Positions 19,341-26,932 of a stretch of DNA of 26,932 bases are shown one piece after another. Below the pieces are notes generated by a model. The model did not search any database and was not told the origin of the DNA. It saw only the letters and a list, made by a program, of their open reading frames with translations. The DNA comes from Candidatus Heimdallarchaeota archaeon. Lineage in GTDB: Archaea > Asgardarchaeota > Wukongarchaeia > Wukongarchaeales > JBHIFL01. The translations under genes were made by a program, and so were the position numbers. Where the stretch lies: the NCBI GenBank assembly GCA_046761065.1, contig JBHIFL010000056.1, forward strand, positions 1-26,932, read 5' to 3'. The number at the start of each line of letters is the position of its first letter. Positions within the stretch are counted from its first letter, which is position 1.

Positions 19341-20120
19341 CTACTGATGTTCTACCATTTGAGCCAATTCGAAGACTGTAGGATATTTGGCTTTTCCTAC
19401 GAGGTGTTCGATGACTCGCAGGATCACTAAGTAGATCGTGGGAAAGAGAATTAGACTCGCAATCAAATCCACAATATAGTGTTCCCCAAGATAGAGCACA
19501 ATTGGGGGGAATATAAGCGTATTCAATATATAAATAATGTTCATTCTTCGGTAGTTGATTCGCTTTGTTAGTAAGATACCAAAGATTGAATACCCGAAAT
19601 GGCCTGAAGGGATACCTCCGTACTTTATACCAACCAATTTTTCACTCGAGGGCCAGATTTCCTTCCTGATCGGTCGAATATCTTTACTCGATCGTATTGG
19701 AACAAGAACCGGAAACATTATTTGCAACGAGAACTGTGCTAGGCCACATACCAACCAAGCGAGACCGTAACGCCAAGCTTCTCTTCCCGTGGTGATCATG
19801 ACTAGTAAAAGCGAAGCTAACACAAAAGTGAATGCAAAAACATAAAGAAGAGAGGCCACCCAATCAATAATCCAGAATGTATTAGGAAAGTGGGTTAACA
19901 CGTATACTTGGAGGGTCTCAGTAACTGATGAAGAAAAGATTATACTATCAGCGGCTATTTGTTGTAAATCCTCTGAAAACTGACGGGTTTGATAGAACAC
20001 AAAATATGTAATTCCAAGAAGGAGCAGTGCCACATTTTTTCGTTCTTTTACGAATTCCTGTGTCGTAAGCCGCAGGAGTATATAGAATCTTTCTAGCGAC
20101 GATCTCTTACTTACTTCCAC
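19341..20120 (-). CDS. PAP2_3 / Aur1-Ipt1-like lipid phosphotransferase (inositol-phosphorylceramide-synthase family)
   Basis: About 6 TM helices; FPVLVP, GIPSGH and LYLGEHYIVD (His/His/Asp triad of the Aur1/SMS/PAP2 type). GTG start after GAGGAG. Confidence 0.8.
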   Translation of the reverse strand: MEVSKRSSLERFYILLRLTTQEFVKERKNVALLLLGITYFVFYQTRQFSEDLQQIAADSIIFSSSVTETLQVYVLTHFPNTFWIIDWVASLLYVFAFTFVLASLLLVMITTGREAWRYGLAWLVCGLAQFSLQIMFPVLVPIRSSKDIRPIRKEIWPSSEKLVGIKYGGIPSGHFGYSIFGILLTKRINYRRMNIIYILNTLIFPPIVLYLGEHYIVDLIASLILFPTIYLVILRVIEHLVGKAKYPTVFELAQMVEHQ

Positions 20121-20284
20121 TGTGCACTCCTCGCGGTTTCAGTAAGCACATCTAGTAAACTTCTCTTTTTTATGATAGGATATATGTAAAATTCCTTAAA
20201 GGTTCATTTAAGTTTGATGAACTAAGATAATTGAGTCACAGAAAAGATATTAAATATATATCCCAATAAAGCACAAAAGAACTA

Positions 20285-20719
20285 ATGGTGTTCCCAATGA
20301 CAGAAGATGACACCTCTCAAGCAGAAGTAGTAGTTGCTTCAGCAGAAGATGAAACTAGGAAGATTCTAAAGGATTTACTCGAAAATGTTTCCAAAGTTGA
20401 AGCAGCACTTGTTGCAAGTGCTGATGGCTTACCTATTGCTGCAGAACTTCCAAGTGGCGTGGATGATCTAATTATTGGGGCAATGACTGCAGCCGTATTA
20501 TCTTCATCTGGAAGGGCTTCCGAGGAACTTCAAAAAGGGCATTTAGATACAATAATGATTAAATCGGAGGAAGGGATGATCTTCATAAAGGGGTTGGAGA
20601 ATGCAGTTCTAACGGTTTTAGCAAAATCGGATGTGAACGTCGGTCTTTTATTAATATACATGGATAAGGCTTGTAAACATATTGCTGATATAGTATCAAA
20701 ATCATGGATTACTGAATGA
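20285..20719 (+). CDS. Roadblock/LC7 (MglB/LAMTOR2-like) domain protein
   Basis: VEAALVASADGLPIA, AMTAAVLS..RASEEL.KG.L..IMIKSEEG and LTVLAKSDVNVGLL. Alternative start ATG 20297 after GGTG. Confidence 0.92.
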   Translation: MVFPMTEDDTSQAEVVVASAEDETRKILKDLLENVSKVEAALVASADGLPIAAELPSGVDDLIIGAMTAAVLSSSGRASEELQKGHLDTIMIKSEEGMIFIKGLENAVLTVLAKSDVNVGLLLIYMDKACKHIADIVSKSWITE

Positions 20720-20827
20720 ATATGTCATTTCTATAAAGGCCATTTTGAAGTCTGTAAACATAGCTAGATTCTATGATCCTTTAAGATTATAGCTCATTAT
20801 GAATGAGCGCTAACATGAGGATCTTAT

Positions 20828-21916
20828 ATGCGAGTTGTTCATCTCCTGAACAGTTACGGAACCAATTATGGAACTCAAGAAGTAGTCCGTAACTTAGTTC
20901 AACAAGAAACTGAAGCTGGTTATACACCGGAAATAATCACTTCAGATCTCTCAAAAAATACAACAACAGATATATGTAAAGTAACGAGGATTCCAGCTCT
21001 CTTTACCTTTTCTCGGACACCTTTTACTCCCTCCTTAGTACGTCATATCTTATCAAAGGACGCAGATATTTTTCATTTACATGGACCTCTACCTTGGTTC
21101 GACTCTGTTTTACCATTGAAGAGAGCAGTTGATGGCAAGAGCAAATTTGTTTATACAATTCAAAACTTAACACCTGAAACCCAATTTCTTACAAGGGTTT
21201 TAAGCTTCGGTTACCAAAATATCGCCCTACGAATTGCGGCAAAAATTGCAGATGTTGTTATCACCCCAACAAAAGCCTTGGTTCAATTGTTGGGGCGGTT
21301 AGTTGACCCAAATAAGACCGTCGTAATTCCTAATGGGGTTAATGTAGAAGAATATACCCCATCCTACAAGTATTCTTCAAACATATTATTCATTGGAGGA
21401 ATAAAACCCGATAAGGGCATTCATGTGTTAATTAAAGCATTTCGAAATATTAAGCACATTGTAGATAATCTAACATTAAACATTGTGGGTGCACCTCTGT
21501 GGAAAGATGACTACTACCTGAGATTACGCGAATTAACAAAATCCGATCCTACGATAATCTGGCATGGACGAGTATCTGAAGATCGAAAGAAAAAAATCCT
21601 TGCTAATTCAGGAGTCGTCGTCCTTCCATCCGTCAGCTTAACTGAAGGCTTTGGACTCGTTTTATTGGAAGGTATGGCCTCTGGAAAACCTGTGGTCGGT
21701 TCAAACCTTCCAACAATCGCTGAATGGATTGACCCATCTTTTGGATTACTCTTTCAAACAGGAAATGCCGATAATTTGGCTCAAACAATTGTAATCGCGT
21801 TACAAAATGCAGAACGCTTAGGTATAAATGGTCGTAAGTGTATCGAGAAGCGTTATAATTGGAATCTAATCTTCGAAGATTATAGAAACATCTACGAAAT
21901 CCTATCTAGGCGATAA
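20828..21916 (+). CDS. Glycosyltransferase family 4 (GT-B)
   Basis: DADIFHLHGP, VIPNGV, FIGGIKPDKG, LPSVSLTEGFGLVLLEGMASGKPVV and YNW. Confidence 0.93.
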   Translation: MRVVHLLNSYGTNYGTQEVVRNLVQQETEAGYTPEIITSDLSKNTTTDICKVTRIPALFTFSRTPFTPSLVRHILSKDADIFHLHGPLPWFDSVLPLKRAVDGKSKFVYTIQNLTPETQFLTRVLSFGYQNIALRIAAKIADVVITPTKALVQLLGRLVDPNKTVVIPNGVNVEEYTPSYKYSSNILFIGGIKPDKGIHVLIKAFRNIKHIVDNLTLNIVGAPLWKDDYYLRLRELTKSDPTIIWHGRVSEDRKKKILANSGVVVLPSVSLTEGFGLVLLEGMASGKPVVGSNLPTIAEWIDPSFGLLFQTGNADNLAQTIVIALQNAERLGINGRKCIEKRYNWNLIFEDYRNIYEILSRR

Positions 21917-22336
21917 TGTCATAAAATTAAAAACTCTTTATAATAATGAAGGACATCAGACGATTTTAAATTCCTTCAAGTCCTCTATCCCTTCAAGCAT
22001 GAATGGATATCCGATGCAAGAAGAAGAAAGCTAATCTGAACACGCAGTGGAAACATGGTAGGATTACTTTATTTGAGATGAGTTGAATTTTCTCTCCGTT
22101 AGTAAGAATATATTTACTTAAATTAGTACTTACCCAGTGTAATACAAGACATACTCACCTAGCGAATTAATACTTTGAATCTATAAACAATTTTTATGCA
22201 AAATTCATCCTAAGTTCGGATTGGGTTTCCTAATACAACAACGTAATGACCTTAGAATTATCATATCTGGTTTACTAGACTAATTGCATATGCTGGTCTT
22301 TAATGAAACAGTCCAATTGTCACTTGATGTACTTGG

Positions 22337-24403
22337 TTATTTTAATTTTACAACCAATAATTGGGAGTACTCGAATTTTTGGAACCCCGACAGTTCTTCC
22401 CATACTTCATCCCAAGATTTTGTCCAAGATTCTAGTGGAGGCGTATCCCATTTATAAAATCTAGCTGTCATCAAGATATCCAGTCGTGTTTCTTCGTAGA
22501 TCTGCCGAGTTGTATTCCAAGTTGTCCTCCGTATTATGAAAAGGTTTACATTGTTGTCTCTCAATAGTTGCAAGTATCTGGTCAGTTTAGCTAGTATAAC
22601 GGGTTTCCCAAGTTGATTGCCCCATACCAGAAATGTTGAGTAATTAACCTCGAACTTGGGAAAAAGGACACCTTCTATCATATACACTAGAACTAAATCA
22701 GGTTCCAAGCAGAAAATAGATCCAGTTTCTACAGGTAAATCATTAGATATTTTAACTAAATCATGATATGCTTTCTCCTCTTCCCACATATAAACTCGGC
22801 CACTAAGTGAAATGCCATAAATCATCTGTATAAGTAGAATAATCAATACGAGTTTTTCTGCATTCTTCAATAATGAAAGCCTAAGGTAATTGCTCTTTAT
22901 ATTTACCACTCTTTTTTTTGTATATTGAAGGAAGCATCCAATCGATACTCCCACAATAATGCTTCCTGCCAAAGCCACATAGAGACTTAATCGAAATTGT
23001 ACTGTGAATAAACCAAAGGGCAGAACACTCCAAAATAAACTGAAAGCCAGCCCAAGAAAAAATATTCCATAGATTAATTGAAAGGGCTTTCGAGTAGAAT
23101 TATTAAACTCTAGGTATTTCCAATATCGGGGTAAAAAAATTCCTACAATAAAGATAACGCCCGTACCAATTATTCCTATGGAATTTGCAATAACATTTGC
23201 AAAGTCGAAAAGTCCTACAGCTCTAAACATTCTTTTATTACTAGTGTACTGTGCCTTTGGTGTTTCTAGGTTGTTTAAAAAAAGTGATATATCATAGTAA
23301 ATTTCATCGAGACTAGAAATAATCGACAGTAAAGGATATAATATGAAGTAAAAAACAATGAGCCATGTCTTCCAGGTTTTTGCACATCCTAAAATTTGAA
23401 ATTTCCAAGTTTTGGCTTGGTGGGTTCGCAACCAGCGGAAAAACGAAAAAGTTCTTTGAATTATCATTGTTATAGAGACCATATAAAGCGTGAGTGTACT
23501 TGTTGCCCAAAACAAGCATAAATAAATAACCAGTAGCTTTTGATAGGCTGTATTTGGACGTGGTTTTATTTTCACAGAGATTATCAGCAAAGAAAAGATT
23601 AGTGGGATCGATAGTGTTTCATGAACAACTAGAAGGGAATGATAAATTATTATTGGAGCTGTAACATAAAAACACATTGCAACGATCCCTCCTGTTAAGG
23701 CAATTGAGCGAGAGACTCGCGGTTTTAGGTATATTTGTACTAGAACAAAAATCCCTGCAATTTCAAGAAAAAACATCATGAGTCCAAAGAATTTAGTCAC
23801 ATCTATGGTTAGTTGAACTGTATTTACAGGAAGAAAAATACTTGCTAAAAAGCACTCAATTGCGTGACTATAAAAATCTAAAACATATGGTTCAGAAAGC
23901 TGCCCAGATGCCGCTACACGTCGACCAAGTCGCCAATACTTCCATGTATCAAACCAATAAAAATCAGTTTTTTTCATGGCGTAGTGATAAATTTTTGGGT
24001 CAATTAGAATGGTTAGGCAAATAATAATAATCGCCAACCCTAGAGACTCATAGAATTCCTGTTTAAAGAAAAAAGTACTAAATTTTCTCAATAAATAAAA
24101 CGATGAGTTTGTAGAGATTTTTTTCCCGCGAAATATTCGTTCAGGCGTTTCCAATATAAAAATGAATAAAATAAGAGGAAGTATTGCAACAATAACCACT
24201 GTAATTGGGACTAATAAACTTAGAATGCCCAAGATCAAATAGGAATAAGCTAAATATCCAATTGCAAGTGGAATAATGACTACTAATATTTCTAATAAAG
24301 ATAATTGAATTCTTAAACTTCTTTTTAGCAAATAATGGATTCCCAATGCAGCTAGACTGGTTAGTAAAATCATCCAAAGATAAGGGATAATGCTACTCAG
24401 CAT
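22337..24403 (-). CDS. Large polytopic membrane protein, possibly a GT-C-fold glycosyltransferase
   Basis: Many TM segments, an acidic/aromatic loop (DFYWFDTWKYW) after the first TMs, HETL before a later TM, and a soluble C-terminal domain. ATG 24403 gives an 11-nt overlap with the upstream gene; the ORF track starts at 24436. Confidence 0.6.
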   Translation of the reverse strand: MLSSIIPYLWMILLTSLAALGIHYLLKRSLRIQLSLLEILVVIIPLAIGYLAYSYLILGILSLLVPITVVIVAILPLILFIFILETPERIFRGKKISTNSSFYLLRKFSTFFFKQEFYESLGLAIIIICLTILIDPKIYHYAMKKTDFYWFDTWKYWRLGRRVAASGQLSEPYVLDFYSHAIECFLASIFLPVNTVQLTIDVTKFFGLMMFFLEIAGIFVLVQIYLKPRVSRSIALTGGIVAMCFYVTAPIIIYHSLLVVHETLSIPLIFSLLIISVKIKPRPNTAYQKLLVIYLCLFWATSTLTLYMVSITMIIQRTFSFFRWLRTHQAKTWKFQILGCAKTWKTWLIVFYFILYPLLSIISSLDEIYYDISLFLNNLETPKAQYTSNKRMFRAVGLFDFANVIANSIGIIGTGVIFIVGIFLPRYWKYLEFNNSTRKPFQLIYGIFFLGLAFSLFWSVLPFGLFTVQFRLSLYVALAGSIIVGVSIGCFLQYTKKRVVNIKSNYLRLSLLKNAEKLVLIILLIQMIYGISLSGRVYMWEEEKAYHDLVKISNDLPVETGSIFCLEPDLVLVYMIEGVLFPKFEVNYSTFLVWGNQLGKPVILAKLTRYLQLLRDNNVNLFIIRRTTWNTTRQIYEETRLDILMTARFYKWDTPPLESWTKSWDEVWEELSGFQKFEYSQLLVVKLK

Positions 24404-24950
24404 GGTCCGGATCTCTCTTTTGTTGTAATTGCTCATATGTCAGAAAGATACCCAATCCTGTTGAAAAAAGAATAAACCAAGTGATCTTTCCTTCAAGGAA
24501 TATATCGCTCCCATCACTCCCTATAATCAGGATGAGGGATATGAGGATTAAAAGAAAAGCAATATATCCTTGCTGGAAGGTTTTGTTAGGAGGAATATTG
24601 TGGTTAATCGCATAGATTCTGGCAATTACAGATGTGATAACTATTTGATATGCGAGAATCCTCCCCTGAACTTTGATTGAATCTCTTAAAAATCCATATC
24701 CGTTCGCTAATTCCCAGAGATTTCTTTTAAAATCAAATATAGTGACAGGGTACCGATTTACTGGGAAAATTGGATTAAGATCGTACGACTTGGGCAAGAA
24801 CACCAGGAAATTAGTTGTAGTAATAAGAATTGAAGAAACAAGAATTATAATCATACCAATTAAATACAGGTTCAAAATTTGTTGTTTTGATTCGAGAACA
24901 TCTGAAATAAATATTTGTAGCTTAATCATGAGTTTTTTAAGGGTATGCAA
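24393..24950 (-). CDS. Hypothetical membrane protein (about 4 TM)
   Basis: 185-aa ORF with hydrophobic segments, overlapping the next gene. The start may be ATG near 24929. Confidence 0.65.
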   Translation of the reverse strand: MHTLKKLMIKLQIFISDVLESKQQILNLYLIGMIIILVSSILITTTNFLVFLPKSYDLNPIFPVNRYPVTIFDFKRNLWELANGYGFLRDSIKVQGRILAYQIVITSVIARIYAINHNIPPNKTFQQGYIAFLLILISLILIIGSDGSDIFLEGKITWFILFSTGLGIFLTYEQLQQKRDPDHAE

Positions 24951-25253
24951 CGTGAATTCCCGACATTTAAGAGATAGTTATTTCGAATCAATTGATTTGC
25001 TTTTATAACGTTATGTCTTGATCAAAAGTCTCAGTTCGAAATTTAATCACTTCAATACCATCAATACTTCGAGTTTTCCACTTCTTTGCGAGTTAAGGCT
25101 TTATTTAACATTAAACCTATTAGCAAATCAACATAAACAACTGTGTTCATCAAAATGAACTATATAAATAACCAATTAATATCATTTTCTTGTAAAAAAA
25201 CTCTTAAGATGTCTGAAGGATAACAAATTTGCCACATCCCATGGAGGCGTAAC

Positions 25254-25931
25254 ATGAAGCAATGTTCTTCTTATTTCCCTTTACTTCTTTTAATATTACT
25301 CCCTTCATTATCAGTTGGGGGTTTCTCCGCATCAACATCTTTGAAAGTTAACTATTACAACATTGTAAATCCTGGAAAATGGTATTTTGTCCCCAATGGA
25401 TTAAATCCACCTTGGAGATTGTTTATTTTAAACCAATTGGTCTATAATGAATCAACACCAAACCCTGCAAAGATTATGATGGGACAAAACACATTGGGGG
25501 GTCCAAATATCTGTCTAGACCTCGGTTTTTATCGAAAATTTGTCCTCCAAGTAAATGTCAATCCGAAAAACAACGATTCTCAAATAAACCAAATTCCATG
25601 GGATCCTAACAATGAAACAATTATCGTTCTTAGCAACTCATATTTGTCAATCTCAGATATCTCTATGAAACTCTTGAAAAAGCCTATCACTGAATTTAGA
25701 ATAGACTTTCTAATTTTTTGGGCTGCTAATCAAGTTCTCCTCAACGGAGCATTTCACCTCCGATGGGAAAGTTATGAAAAACATGTTAATCCTTTTTTAA
25801 CTTTATTTTACAACCTTTATGATGGGATCCAAAGAACTCCTCTTGTGGAATTTGCAGTTTTTGTTGTTATTCTTTTATTAGTCTACAACGGTTGGATGTT
25901 TTTGTTAAAACAACTGGAAAAGAAACACTAG
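25254..25931 (+). CDS. Hypothetical exported single-pass (type I) membrane protein
   Basis: GGAGG RBS, N-terminal hydrophobic signal, Asn-rich ectodomain with NES and NET sequons, C-terminal TM and a short basic tail. Confidence 0.75.
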   Translation: MKQCSSYFPLLLLILLPSLSVGGFSASTSLKVNYYNIVNPGKWYFVPNGLNPPWRLFILNQLVYNESTPNPAKIMMGQNTLGGPNICLDLGFYRKFVLQVNVNPKNNDSQINQIPWDPNNETIIVLSNSYLSISDISMKLLKKPITEFRIDFLIFWAANQVLLNGAFHLRWESYEKHVNPFLTLFYNLYDGIQRTPLVEFAVFVVILLLVYNGWMFLLKQLEKKH

Positions 25932-26141
25932 ACTTGGAACTTCTAGGAGATAGAAATTTGTACCCAAAAACTAGTTATCATCACAGTTAATTGTAACTAG
26001 AATATACAAAATTCAATAAATTGAACGCACTTCATTTGATTTCTTATAGTTTAAGTGATAAATACTATTGTATTTATTATTATGTTTCTAAAATGGATAA
26101 ACGCCTAAAAACAAGCAGTTTTCTTCTTACGTTGATTTTGG

Positions 26142-26897
26142 TTAACAGAAACGTTCCTTTAGCATAAATAACAAGTGACGCCAACCATCTCTAAGTGTGT
26201 GGAGTTTTGGTGGAGATCCTAAACGTGGTCGATATGTTATTGGGACTTCGGTAATTTTCAGTCTTCTTTTTGCTGATTTAATAATAATTTCGCTTGCAAA
26301 TTCCATACCGGGTGATTGAAGATCAAGTTCGAGAATTTCATTGCGTCTGAAAGCTCGAAAACCACTATGCGCATCAGAAATTTTCAATCCGAATAAAATA
26401 TTGAGTAGGAAAGTTAAAATTCGATTGCCAATTTTATGTACAAAAGGCATGGCACCAGGTAATATTTTACCTTTCAGTCGCGAACCGATGACAATGTCGG
26501 CTTCTCGTCTGAGTAACGGCCGAACTAAGTGTAAAGTATCTTCGACGGGGTATGTTCCATCGGCATCAAACATTACAATAATATCTCCCTTTGCTTCAGA
26601 ATATCCCCGAAGGTAAGCATTTCCATATCCTCTATTCTTTTCTATCACGACTTTTGCTCCCCATTTTTTTGCTATATCTCCTGTTCGATCTTCGGAGGCA
26701 TTATCTACTACTACAACCTCATAATTCATTCCATTACGTCTGATTTTCCTTACAGGGATTTGATCTAGAGTAGCACGGATCACTCCCTCCTCGTTTAAAG
26801 CTGGAATGACAAATGATAGATCAATATGATTGGCTTTCTCTTTTTCCATTGTTTTAAGGTTCTTATGCATTAATGGTCTTCTCCAGATCCTCTCCAT
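26142..26897 (-). CDS. GT2 polyprenol/dolichol-phosphate glycosyltransferase (DPM1-like)
   Basis: SFVIPALNEE, VVDNASED, NRGYG, FDADGTYP, DAHSGFRAF, MEFASE and EVPITYRPR.G..KL..LRDG. The start could be 26870 or 26849. Confidence 0.93.
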   Translation of the reverse strand: MERIWRRPLMHKNLKTMEKEKANHIDLSFVIPALNEEGVIRATLDQIPVRKIRRNGMNYEVVVVDNASEDRTGDIAKKWGAKVVIEKNRGYGNAYLRGYSEAKGDIIVMFDADGTYPVEDTLHLVRPLLRREADIVIGSRLKGKILPGAMPFVHKIGNRILTFLLNILFGLKISDAHSGFRAFRRNEILELDLQSPGMEFASEIIIKSAKRRLKITEVPITYRPRLGSPPKLHTLRDGWRHLLFMLKERFC

Positions 26898-26932
26898 TCG
26901 GTTAGTTCAAATTGTTCATTTAAAGATTGTGC

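Noticed and set aside
21917-22336. 420-nt convergent gap with a minus-strand TTTATA...AGGTGAGT-ATG and a CCTTCAAG direct repeat
   Set aside because: The ORF stops after 9 codons, no family is recognisable, and an 8-nt repeat is within chance.
23365-23420. Duplicated AKTWK peptide in the large membrane protein
   Set aside because: Two copies of 5 aa with divergent codons; too little to call a repeat.
25908-25931. C-terminal KQLEKKH tail as a COPI di-lysine retrieval signal
   Set aside because: Lysines are at -2/-3, not the -3/-4 or -3/-5 spacing; the positive-inside rule explains it.
2299-26616. All remaining short ORFs nested in or antisense to called genes (e.g. 3373-3621, 8260-8646, 9641-10012, 10104-10604, 14227-14505, 16927-17268, 24673-25008, 26341-26616)
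   Set aside because: Overlap motif-supported genes for all or most of their length and have the composition of shadow frames.
1-26932. tRNA, rRNA, CRISPR array, transposase or integrase
   Set aside because: No cloverleaf, regularly spaced repeats or mobile-element ORFs were seen by eye; tRNAscan-SE and Infernal would be needed to exclude them fully.

Overview
Archaeal DNA, most likely Asgard (inferred from an archaeosine TgtA, a eukaryote-like STT3/AglB, split eukaryote-like Alg13/Alg14 and a stand-alone roadblock/LC7 protein). The window is mostly one protein N-glycosylation and surface-glycan locus. It holds AglB/STT3 (2192-4264), two GT4s, a SAM methyltransferase next to a decayed second methyltransferase, a MOP/Wzx flippase, and a four-enzyme WbpA/B/E/D-type pathway for UDP-2,3-diacetamido-2,3-dideoxy-glucuronate. 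An Alg7/AglH GlcNAc-1-P transferase is transcribed divergently from an overlapping Alg14-Alg13 pair. Beyond tgtA lie a DUF2334 deacetylase, an Aur1/IPC-synthase-like phosphotransferase, a roadblock protein, a GT4, a GT-C-like polytopic membrane protein, two unknown membrane proteins and a DPM1-like GT2. The most interesting signal is that counterparts of the eukaryotic ER lipid-linked-oligosaccharide pathway (Alg7-Alg14-Alg13, flippase, Dol-P-sugar synthase, GT-C, STT3) sit together with a prokaryotic diacetamido-uronate pathway. The Alg13 also has an altered donor-binding loop that may accept the acidic sugar. No tRNA, rRNA, CRISPR array or IS element was seen. All family calls rest on motif recognition from memory; no searches were run.
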